Shown: one piece after another, positions 52,889 to 64,000 of the stretch
Position numbering within the stretch: position 1 is the first letter of the stretch
Layout: every line of letters starts with the position of its first letter
Source of the DNA: Eledone cirrhosa
Lineage: Eukaryota
DNA: 64,000 bases
Reading direction: 5' to 3'
NCBI GenBank assembly: GCA_964016885.1
Contig: OZ024758.1
Span: 26,598,001-26,662,000 of the forward strand
Made by a program: the position numbers and the translations under genes
The notes under the pieces: generated by a model
Database searches by the model: none
What the model was told of the DNA's origin: nothing
What the model saw: the letters and a program-made list of their open reading frames with translations, nothing else

Positions 52889-53286
52889 AAATAATAATAA
52901 ATTTGAAGACTAAAATCCAAAGAGGACTCGATAAGGATAAATAATATCAAATATATAAGAACCCTAGAGCAAATATTTATTAAAATAACAGATTAAAGTT
53001 TAAGCAAAGAATTGCTGCTTTCACCCTTAACGGGATCTTCTGAAACTAACAAAGTCAATCTGTAAACACAGAAGTGGATATTTCAAAAAACGTTGCAACA
53101 TGTGTTTTGTGAAGGGAACGTTTCCACGAACCAAGGTATCGTCTTCCTGTCTTCCTCCGGTTGCAACGTTTTTTGAAATATCCACTTCTGCGTTTACATA
53201 TTGACTTTGTTAGTTTCAGAAGATCCCGTTAAGGGTGAAAGCAGTGATTCTTTGCTTAAACTTTAATCTGTTATTTTAATAAATAT
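52888..53286. mobile_element. Penelope-like fold-back unit in (TA)n; arms 52973-53099 and 53160-53286
   Basis: ~125-bp inverted arms with variant-core hammerhead topology at 52997-53047(-) and 53212-53262(+). Confidence 0.7.
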
Positions 53287-53820
53287 ATATATATATATAT
53301 ATATAATAACTAGGAATTGATCAACATATATATAAAGATGAAAAATCACAGGAGATAATTTCTACAAGCGTGTAACCACGCATGGCTAGTAGGTAACAAA
53401 TAAATAAAGTTAACTAGAACTTCAAAAATATATACCTTTTTAATGATTAATCTTCCCTGTATATATTTCACCAATTAATCAGATGGTAAGTCACAGAAAG
53501 TGGATATTATTGGATTATCAACAAGGAAGAATAATATCATATATATATATGTGTGTGTGTGTCTGAGCATATAGCTCCCCTTTTTTAACTTCATTTTTTT
53601 CAAATGTATATTCCGTTTAATTCCGTTTCTATTTATTTCGATTTCATGTTTTATTTCTATTTTTATTTTTCCCCTCCTTTCATGTTTTTCCTGCTAACTC
53701 TCCTGATGAAGGACTTACATCCGAAATGCCATAATCTCCCCCATTCTCACCAAGCGTGAAGCTAATAACACTATGTACCATTGACTCCTGCGTTTGTTTG
53801 TTTGTTTGTTTGTCATTTTG

Positions 53821-53856
<36 letters not shown>

Positions 53857-54070
53857 TAAGTATCGAGAGAGAGAAGAAGAGATAAGCGTTACATATATTT
53901 AGTTGCCAATAGCTTGTGCAAATGTGCTCAATACTTGTGCCTACAGGGTTAAATATTAGAAGCGTTAATATCTAGCAGGCGAGAATATAAGCAAGTGGAA
54001 TGAATACAAAGGAGTATATACCGTTAAAACATGTTTATATAAGAATGCACCTACATGTATTCATTCCACT

Positions 54071-54145
<75 letters not shown>

Positions 54146-54178
54146 CATGGACCAAAGTTCTGTTCCAACCATTTATTA

Positions 54179-54223
54179 GCTTACAATTGTTTCTTGCAAA
54201 CCGAGGTTTGGAGTCTTCGGAGC
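54179..54223 (-). ncRNA. Hammerhead motif with C at core position 4
   Basis: GCU CCGAAGA CUC CAAACC UC GGUUUG CAA GAAA CAAUUG UA AGC; the unit lies between (GA)n and (TA)n. Confidence 0.55.
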
Positions 54224-54711
54224 AATTTTTTCAATGAATGTTTACATACATGACCCCCTTTCCAACACAAGAGACATACAGAAACACATGTATATATCGA
54301 TGCACAGTGGGTTGACATCCATTATAATATATTAGCATGGCAATTTACATTCAAAGATTAAAGTCATATTAAAAGAAAACAAAATTAAAGTTAAAATACA
54401 ACATTGGCAGTTTACGAAGATAATGCAAGAGGATAGTTTGAAGTAGTTAGTGTATGTAATAGTTACACGTGGGGCATGCACGTGTGTCTTATATAAATAA
54501 GATTATAGTGCGGCAAGGTGTTATATGGAATACAAGCACTTTAAGCGGGCAATCAAGAGTATTATGGGGGTTGTATTGGTAAAGAATTTTTTATGTATGA
54601 TATAGAAGCTTGTGTGCAGAGAAATATTAAAAGTGAGAAGCAAAATAATGTTATGGTTTTCGTATACACCACCATTTTCACAATCCAGGAAATATATGTA
54701 TATATATATAT

Positions 54712-54955
54712 ATATTGGTTAAAGGAAAAGAAAATGCTGACAAATTGTTCCCAGTGAAAAATAGTTTAATTAGGAATAAGTAAAAATTAGTAATAAGTAT
54801 TGGTTAATATTCAGTTAGTATTCAACATGACCGCAATTCACTAATTTTTATTTATTCCTAATTAAACTATTTTTCACTGGGAACAATTTGTCAGCATTTT
54901 CTTTTCCTTTTACCAATATATCACAACTCGTGTGTTACACCTCTATTCTTTTAAA
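54712..54955. repeat. Fold-back unit between (TA)n tracts (arms ~54712-54790 and 54839-54920); no HHR seen
   Basis: Reverse-complement arms of ~80 bp. Confidence 0.75.
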
Positions 54956-54976
54956 TATATATATGTATATATATAT

Positions 54977-55340
54977 GTAGGAGGTGAGTTTTATTGTAGC
55001 ACAATAAAGCAATGCAAATATCGGATAAGTAGCACTCAACAGTTTATTGGACTGGAGTATATATAAGAAGAAATTAAAAGATGGTTAAAAAAGTTCCATG
55101 TATTTTATTATGCGTATTTCAAAAACAAATATCATCCAGGGACGATATTTGCATTCTCATCAGATAAAATGTTGTTTAGACACTACCTTGCTCACAAGTG
55201 TCTTTTTTAAGCTTCATATCATGTCTCCCTATTTTATCCGATGAGAACGCAAATATCGTCCCTGGATGATATTTGTTTTTGAAATGCGCATAAAATACAT
55301 GGAACTTTTTTAACCATTTTTGAATTTCTTCTTATATATA
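54977..55340. mobile_element. Penelope-like fold-back unit in (TA)n; arms 55060-55170 and 55231-55340
   Basis: HHR at 55102-55170(-): AUUUUAU CUGAUGA GAA-U-GCAAAUAUCGUCC CU GGAUGAUAUUUGU UUUU GAAA UACGCA UA AUAAAAU. The mirror copy at 55231-55296 has CCGAUGA and a 3-nt deletion. Confidence 0.75.
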
Positions 55341-55789
55341 TATATATATATATATATATCATCATCATCATCATTTTCCACGCTAGCATGGGTTAGACAG
55401 GTTGTCCCATTTGAGGCAAGTTGCGTTAAGAACGGTATCCAGCTGATGAAGCCAAGCCCAAATCACTCTGTATGAGCAAGACTGGTCACCTGACTTGACA
55501 TTGCTCGCAACAGGACAACTCGTCTAACCCATTCTAGCATGGAAAACTGGATGTTAAACAGTGATGATGATTATATATGTATGTGTGTGTATATATATAT
55601 GTATGTGTGTGTATATATATATATATATTAGAATTGGAGCTCTGAAATAGCAATATATATATGGATGTATATATAATGTATTTTGCAATACACTTTATGC
55701 TTAATTAAAAGCATTTTGAAGACCGTAAGCTATTGTTTTAAAGTAGTGACAAATTCACTCACTTTGATCTCAGCAAACAGGGGAGATAA

Positions 55790-55831
55790 GCCGACAAGAC
55801 TTGTTTCGCTTTGGTTGAAGCTTATCAAGGC
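55790..55831 (-). ncRNA. Hammerhead motif with U3-A8 core covariation
   Basis: GCC UUGAUAA GCUU CAACCA AAGC GAAACAAG U CUUGUC GGC; GUC site; lies between 34-bp direct repeats. Confidence 0.65.
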
Positions 55832-56395
55832 CAACTACCCCACCTGTTTACTGAGATCATTGATGTTATATTCTTATAGAAATCTAGTAAATAATCAGGA
55901 GCTGATTATGCAGAGCGGTTGTTGGTCAGGCAGAAATTAAAAATTAGAATTGGAGCTCTGAAATAGCAATATATATATTAGAAAGGGTGTTAGGAAGGGC
56001 ATCCAGCTGTAGAAATCAAGCCAAATCAGTTCCTGTATGAGCAAGGCATTGTCAGCCGACCAGACACTGCCCATAACAGGACAACCCGTCTAACCCATGC
56101 TAGCGTGGAAGAACGGACGTAAAACGGTGATGATGATGATAATCAAATTCTAAACTAACCAAATAAAAGTTCCATACCATTATTAGTTTCAACATGCACA
56201 CTTACCTGCTAAAAACATTACCTGTGGGTAAAAATATTGGAGGAACAAATTGTATTGGACCAGAAATGTAAGGAAACCTTGAAAAGTAATTTACACTCAT
56301 CTACTAGGCAATACCACCAACAACTTCATCATTAGTGGTACAGTAACATTTAATGTGTTTGACAAATGTTTATGGTGAAAATATATGAAGCCAAT

Positions 56396-56429
<34 letters not shown>

Positions 56430-56433
<4 letters not shown>

Positions 56434-56935
56434 TTAGGTTTGAGGTTCACCACTAGATAGAGCTGGTCAATTCCGTATGGTCAATCTTAATGTAATAATA
56501 TGGAGAGTACTCAACGTAAAGCAGTTCAACCGTCTTTGTTTTTGTAGTTGGTGGTGCTAGTACGGAGTTAAATATTATAATGAAATGACAGGAGGCTGGA
56601 CTTGTGTAAATCCTTGAAAGGTTTATTATACTATGATCATTTCAATGACCGAGTTCCGTATGAATCCGGTGATATCAGCAGGTATTCTAAATATAATAAG
56701 TGAATGCAATAGATAAAATCCATGGGGCTGAAAATCAAAGACCGGAGGACGACCGCCATCCAGCATCTTCCACCTTTGCCCATGGATTTTATCTATTGCA
56801 TTCACTTATAATATTTTGAATACCTGATGATATCACCGGATTCATACGGAACCCGGTCATTAAAATGATCATAGTATAATAAACTTTTCAAGGATTTACA
56901 CAAGTCCAGCCTCCTGTCATTTCATTATAATTATT
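56430..56935. mobile_element. Penelope-like fold-back unit in (TA)n; arms 56574-56727 and 56778-56931
   Basis: HHR consensus AUAC CUGAUGA UAUC ACCGG..CCGGU CAUU GAAA UGAUCA UA GUAU at 56628-56685(-) and 56820-56877(+). Confidence 0.75.
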
Positions 56936-59900
56936 ATATATAAATTTTAAAAAATTCACTGTACCTGCCATACTTTACAGTGTGGGCTGGGAGCTTTTTT
57001 GCCGTGGCACCTCCACGACCACCTTGCGGAGGGGGTGTGGGGGCATATTGTCTATATGCTTCAGCTTGTACCCATGGGAGGTCGGGTACTCTGTATTATG
57101 TTTTTAATTATTTTAGAAATATCATCATCATCATTTTACGTCCGCTTTTCCCTGTTTGCAAGGGTGGGACGGGAACTGATTCTGGCTTGATTTCTACAGC
57201 TGGATGCCCTTCCTAACACCAACCTCATTTACAGTGAGTGCTGGGTGCTTTTTTTTCCGTGGCGCCTACACGTCCACTTTACAGTGTGGGCTGGGTGCTT
57301 TTTTGCCGTGGCACCTACACGTCCACTTTACAGTGGAATGATAGGGACCCCAGTCCCTATCATCTCATTTCTACAGCTGAGTAAACTGGAGCAATGTGAA
57401 ATAAAGTGTCTTGCTCAAGTAAACAACACATCACCCAGTCTGAGAATTGAACACACAACCTTTCGATTGCAAGGCCAATGCTCTAACCACTAAGCCATCA
57501 TGTTGAAAAATAAGAAGTGTGTTAATAAATTATTGGATTTTAATCCGTCCTTTGGATAGAATTTCCTACTTAAAGCTTCTGCCTATGTGAAAACCATTTC
57601 CGTATCTCAATTAGCCATGAAGCCAGTAAGATTTCACTTTGCTGTATAGATTTCAGCATTCTGGACACATGTTCTGTACTTCAAATATTCCTTCTATTTT
57701 ATCCAATTATATATATTTTCATCTCTTTCATTTATAAAGTTGTTTAGTAAAGGTACCTTGTGGTTGATGCTTTGTTATCACATTCCCTTTATTTCTATGT
57801 ACATAACAAAGCGAGGCAGCAAATGTTCTAACAGAGTTGTTAAGACATTAGATAGAATACTTTGTGGTCTTCATCCCAGCCTTCTGTGTTCTGAGTTCAT
57901 ATTCCACGAAGATCAGTTCTCCCTTTCGTCTTTTTGAGGTTGATAAAAAAAAAATACCAGTCTAATACTGAGGTTGAGTCGTCCTCTATATCTCTTTTTT
58001 CACACTCTTATGATTATGTTCAAACCTGAAGAGTGATGGATTCTGCTAGGTCTTAAAAATGCCCAAGAAACACTGTATAACTCTGCTGCACCACTGTGAC
58101 TCCACAAGTTTTTTTACAGCTATATCTGTTTCCTATCAGCAATTACTTTACAGAATGTACTGGCTGTGTCTAACATATAGATGACCAACACTAGAGATGT
58201 TATCATCATCATCATCATCATCATCATTTCATTTTACGTCCACTTTTCCCTGCTTGCAAGGGTGGGACGGGAACTGATTCTGGCTTGATTTCTACAGCTG
58301 GATGCCCTTCCTAACACCAACCTCATTTACAGTGAGTGCTGGGTGCTTTTTTGCCGTGGCACCTCCACGACCACTTTGTAGTGAAATAATAGGGACCCCA
58401 GTCCCTATCATCTCATTTCTACAGCTGAGTAAACTGGAGCAATGTGAAATAAAGTGTCTTGCTCAAGGAAACAACACATCACCCGGTCTGAGAATTGAAC
58501 TCACAACCTTTCGATTGCAAGGCCAATGCTCTAACCACTAAGCCATGTGCCTCCATCATTATGTCCTTGTGAATACTAAAAAATCCTATCTACTCCCCCT
58601 ATTACCAACCACCTTACAGCATGTATTGGCTGCATTTTTCATGGCAGAATTTCAGCATTCAGTAATCAGAAGAAAGGAGGTAGGCATAAAAGCGAAACTC
58701 GCTATCTTCAATTCAGTATTCGTGCCAACCATTACCTATGGGTAATGACGAAAGAATACGATCGCGAATACAAGCAGTTGAAATGGGGTTCCTTCGAAGG
58801 ATAGAGTGCATAGCTCAGAGATCAGAGAATCACTCCAGGTAGAGCTGCTACTTCTCCGAATTAAGAGATCACAGCTCTGATACTACCACATGTAGTTAGA
58901 ATGTCTCAGGAATGAATCGCTGGACAGATTTTACAGGCAAAAACCAACCGGCAGGAGACCCAGGGGTAGACCCTAAGCAAGATGGTTGGATAACATCCAT
59001 GAGCTTGGCTGGTCATGCTTGGGGATCTAGCCGAATCAGTTGGAGATAGTTGCTTTTGTTCAGGATTCGCTGGAAGGAGTGTTTGAGGACTCTGCCTCCA
59101 TGACACTCTAAGCAATAAGTGGACAAAGAGAAGGAGGAACTTTTGAACATCCAAAGAGAACTGCTACTTTTAATTTAAACCGGCCATATCTGGCCAGAAT
59201 TCTCTTACCACTCTCTGTTCAAACTAGCCATAACAAACCCCTCATACTGATGTTAAGATATTGTTCTCAAAGTAGATATCACCAAAATCTCATCGGTTTA
59301 ATATTATGTGAAATAATGGTGAGGTAAAGTCTTTACTGTGAAAATACAATAGTATATGGTAGTCACTGAAAGACTGAATGATATAAAACAAAAATAACTT
59401 TTACAAACACATGGTTTTTTATTATTTTATTTGATTGGCAGTGTCGATAGAGGGTCAGACGCCATGCTTTGACGCATAGAGTTACAGCCCTTGCCATTCT
59501 GAGTTCAAATCCCGCCGAGGTTAACTTTGCTTTCATCCTTACGGGGTCGATAAAATAAAGTACCAGTAATGTACTGGTTAATTGCTGGCCTTGTGCCAAA
59601 AGTAGAAACAATTATTTTATTTGGAAATATAAGTAATAGATTTTTTTTCAGTATTGTGTGAAAAACAAGGGATGCTCTTATAACCTGCAAAAAAAAAAAA
59701 ATAAATAAAAATAAATAAAAACGAACAAGTTTTTCAGTGGCCACCCTGTATATATTGAGTAATGTAAATGTTAAAGGGTTTAATGAACATCATAGCAATC
59801 ACTTTTATATCTTGATAAGAGTAACCGTAATGTTCCTTTTTATTTTCTTCATATATTTTAAAAATCAGATAATTATTTTTAGGTGATACTGTGTAATTTA

Positions 59901-60378
59901 TTTTTCTTCTACTAATTACTTGTTCAGTAATTTCTGGTACCACCCACGAATAACTCTACTATCATTATCATCATCAACTTTTGGATTATTATAATTATAC
60001 TTGATACCAAATATACTCCCCAATCCACTACCCCTACCCTATCCTCCCACTCCCACCAACAGCACAATAAATGATATCAAGATCGTGTAGGTGTCACGAC
60101 AAAAAAACACACACAGTCCACGCTGTAATGTGGCCGTGTAGGTGTCACGACAAAAACACACACAGTCCACGCTGTAATGTGGCCGTGTAGGTAACACGGT
60201 AAAAAGTTCCCAGTTCCACACTGTAAATGTGGTTGGTGTTAGGAAGGGCATTCAGCTGTAGAAAACCTGCCAGATAGTCCTATATGAGCGAGACACGGTC
60301 ACCCGACCAGCCTTGCCTCAAGTGGGACAACTCCCGTCTAACCCATGCTAGCGTGGAAAATGGACGTTAAACGAAGAA

Positions 60379-60414
<36 letters not shown>

Positions 60415-61742
60415 AATGACTTGAATTCTTTGCTTTACGTGAGAAATAAAATTTCAACTTTGTTTGAGAATGAAGGAATGACTGTATCGTTGATTTTAGA
60501 AGCTAATCAGAGTTAAGTGATACATGTCGAAGGAATAAATCATTAGGAAATGAAGATTTTTAAATTAGCTAGAAACACGTCTGAATTACTTTCACATTTT
60601 CTTAACTCCTCAAACCATCAAGCTCCTTTAAAAGCTAAAAATGATTTTAATACTATTTCTTTATTTTTTTGGTTTTTCACTGTTTTGTCTAAGATTCATA
60701 CTTTCTTCTTATTTAATAGTTTTCTTTCCTTTTTTTATATTTATTATTTTGCCAAATATCTTACATAGTTTCTTCATTTCCATCTTGAATTTTCTTATCT
60801 AATGAGTTGTGCAGAAGTTTCCATCCATGTCTTCTGTTGCCCAGGGCAACTTTTTAGCCATATTGGCAATACAAGAGTTACAACTCGGTTGCCTTTTAAT
60901 TTAATTTTGCAGTTATATTTCTTTCAGTAGACTGGGAATTTGTGCTAATAATTCTGGCTCTAATGGGCAGTCACTCTACTTCGACTCCATTTTCATCCAA
61001 TCTAGTACCAATGTTTTGCTTCTGGCCAGCTTCTCTGATGCTATAGTTAGTTGTCGAAAAAAAAATGAAAAGAACAGAAAATGTAATGTTTGATCAAGGT
61101 ACTTAGGTTTCTGACAAAAAACCCTTTAGGCCAATTCTAATGTATAAGTTGTTGGGTTATTTTTTTTTTTTTTTTGCGCTCCTCATAGCTAACTTCCTAA
61201 AAAAATATATCTGTATTACCTTCTTTAAGACTGTGCAGTCTTTTACTCTTTCTTTCCTCTTATCATTTGTTTATATTTGAATAATCACACTTATAAACCC
61301 CCTCCCGTTCTCTGCCACTCCATGATTCCTCTATATATATATCTATTTTATCATTGCTAAGATACCCCCCCCCCCTCCATATTAACTCTTTAAGACTCAT
61401 ACTGTCCTCAACTCCTATGTTGTAACATCTTTAGTTTTTACTTCCTCACTAATCTGACTTGCATTGCCTCTAATGATTGCTACTTTTCACGGTTATTATC
61501 ATATCCTCAGTGGCACCTTTAATTATGTTCACTCTTCAGTCTACATCCCCTGTCCCCTGACATCCATTCTAGGAAATGTTGTTTCCCAGCCACATTCACT
61601 GCACAATCCTAATTTCTCTCAGCTCCTTAGATACATAACCAGTTTTATTCCAAAAACTCTCATTAGAATTGCCTCTAACCTTCTTCTGCTTCCTACACCG
61701 TGCCATGAAATGGCTTCTCTATCACTGGTGTGTTCTAATACT

Positions 61743-61743
<1 letters not shown>

Positions 61744-61831
<88 letters not shown>

Positions 61832-62025
61832 CTCTCTCTCTCTCTCTCTGTCGATCTATCTATTTGCCTCTTTGTCTCTTTCTTTCTGTCTACCAATATA
61901 CCTATCTCCCCTCTCTCTCTATTTATCTCACCCTCTTTCTCTCTCTCTCTCTCTCTCTACCACTCTCTCTCTCTCTCTCTATTTATCACACTCTCTCCCT
62001 CTTTCTCTACCCCCTCTTCTCTACC
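61744..62025. repeat. (CT)n microsatellite and derivatives
   Basis: Direct inspection. Confidence 0.95.
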
Positions 62026-62337
62026 ATTCACCAGCTGCCAACCTAACATACCCTCTACACACTTCTTCTATCATCCACTAAAGAATATACCTCCTCAAAT
62101 AACGAGGGAGGTAAGCTAACCTGGAGAGAAGCTACTTTAAATCAGAATTCTTACACTAAGAATCCTGAAGACTCTTCAGACTAATAAGCCAACTATTTCC
62201 TATAGTGCTGCTAGCATCATTAGTATTGGCTGTGGAAAACAATAAATATTCAAAGGTAAAAACAACATACCAAAACCTCTACAAAAAAGGGTTTCATCCA
62301 ATCAGTGTTAGCATGAAAACAAAATGTTGGGGTACAT

Positions 62338-63669
62338 CAGAGATTCTCAAACTTTTTTGCGCCACATAATACTCTCATCGCCCCAACCCCTATTTCTAGA
62401 GAGGCTTACATGCAAATTGTAAATAATATATACAGTATTTCCCAGCATTGAAGACATTACTTTTTTCCTAAAATTTCCTAAAATGTTTGGCACTAGTTGA
62501 TGTTATTATTAGCAGCGATTATTTCTTGACGTAATTTTGAACATGTTTTAATTAATCAGAGACATGTTAAGAATAATACATATTTCTTTTAACTGCGGAA
62601 GTGGCATGTTTCCATCTTCATTTCAGCAGTATTTCGAAGCTAAATTATTTCAGTTGTTGCATGACCATTTGGAATTTATATATCATCATCATCATCATCA
62701 TTTTACCGCTTTTCCCTGCTTGCAAGGGTGGGACAGGAACTGATTCTGGCTTGATTTCTACAGCTGGATGCCCTTCCTAACACCAACCTCATTTACAGTG
62801 AGTGCTGGGTGTTTTTTTGCCGTGGCACCTTCACGACCACTTTGTAGTGGAATAATAGAGACCCCAGTCCCTATCATCTCATTTCTACAGCTGAGTAAAC
62901 TGGAGCAATGTGAAATAAAGTGTGTTGCTCAAGGAAATATATATAAATATATTAATATATATAAATGGAGGCACATGGCTTAGTGGTTAGAGCATTGGGC
63001 TTGCAATAGAAAGGTTGTGAGTTCAATTCTCAGACCGGGTGATGTGTTGTTTCCTTGAGCAAGACACTTTATTTCACATTGCTCCAGTTTACTCAGCTGT
63101 AGAAATAGGATGATAGGACTGGGGTCGCTATCATTCCACTGCAAAGTGGTTGTGGAGGCGCCACGGCAAAAAAGCACCCAGCACTCACTGTAAAGTGGTC
63201 GTGGAGGTGCCACGGAAAAAAAAGCACCCAGCACTCACTGTAAATGTGGTTGGTGTTAGGAAGGGCATCCAGCTGTAGAAATCAAGCTAGAATCAGTGCC
63301 CGTCCCATCCTTGCAAGCAAGAAAAAAAAAAAGCGGACGTATAATGATGATGATGAAATATATACACACATACACATTCACCAGCTGCCAACCTAATTTC
63401 AAATTTTTGGTTGTCAAAATTAGGGTGTGTCCTCTAGGATGAAGTGTCTTCAGTGCCGGGAAATACAGTAATAAATAAAGTCATTAACTTATATATATTA
63501 AATAATATAATATATATGTATAAATAAACATATATTTTTCTATTTTACTATGTATCACTTGATATTTAATATACTATTATATTATCTCTACTGCCCCTTA
63601 GTCTCCAGCTCCCCCTGGTCCTTCTCAACGCCCCCAGGGAGGTGGTAGCACCCACTTTGAGAACCTCTG
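62338..63669. mobile_element. hAT/Charlie-like non-autonomous element with nested SINEs
   Basis: Termini cagagattctcaaac / ctttgagaacctctg; 8-bp flanks gggtacat / ctgtacat (6 of 8 identical). Confidence 0.55.
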
Positions 63670-64000
63670 CTGTACATGAACATATATTGGTTATCTTAGC
63701 AGTATCATTATCAACTGCCTACAAGGACAAAGGAAATGAAATTTTCAGAGGAAGGTGCAGAAATAGGAAGTTGATGGACAAAGTTATTAACCCTTTAGTA
63801 TTCACATAATATCTCACATACTATTGTATTTTCATGGTAAAGGCTTTACCTCACATAATATCTCACATAACATTTACATTACTCTATATATACTATTGTA
63901 TTTTCATGGTAAAGGCTTTACCTCACATAATATCTCACATAACATTTACATTACTCTATATATACTATTGTATTTTCATGGTAAAGGCTTTACCTCACAT

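Noticed and set aside
58024-58082. CTGAAGA...GAAACACTGTA as a hammerhead
   Set aside because: No stem I or convincing stem II pairing.
60770-61060. Possible minus-strand coding fragment
   Set aside because: Stops in the frames I translated and no recognisable domain.
62025-63395. 22-bp direct repeat cattcaccagctgccaacctaa as a target-site duplication
   Set aside because: It straddles one end of the hAT-like element and does not bracket a coherent insertion; origin unclear.

Overview
AT-rich, repeat-saturated eukaryotic DNA. The SINE/RTE/(TA)n/(CAT)n landscape suggests an invertebrate, most plausibly an octopus-type cephalopod (inference). The only host coding sequence I can support is two small internal exons of Notchless homolog 1 (NLE1, + strand, 29979-30114 and 34793-34839); the rest is probably intron. 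Intronic content: an Hsmar2-like mariner with nested insertions, a second Tc1/mariner, hAT and piggyBac fossils, many piggyBac MITEs, two tRNA-derived SINE groups, RTE and CR1/L2 3' fragments, long microsatellites and three kinds of TE-derived tandem arrays. The main unexplained signal is about 21 hammerhead-ribozyme (HHR) motifs at about 15 loci, found by eye. They lie in short non-coding units that mostly sit in (TA)n tracts, often as fold-back inverted repeats, as expected for Penelope-like pseudo-LTRs or retrozymes. Sequence-unrelated families of these units share a bulged ACUC...GAGU stem-loop 3' of the ribozyme, and several carry variant catalytic cores (U3-A8, A4, C4). All long ORFs in the supplied track are repeat artefacts. 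Coordinates were counted by hand and may be off by a few bases; no searches or folding programs were run.
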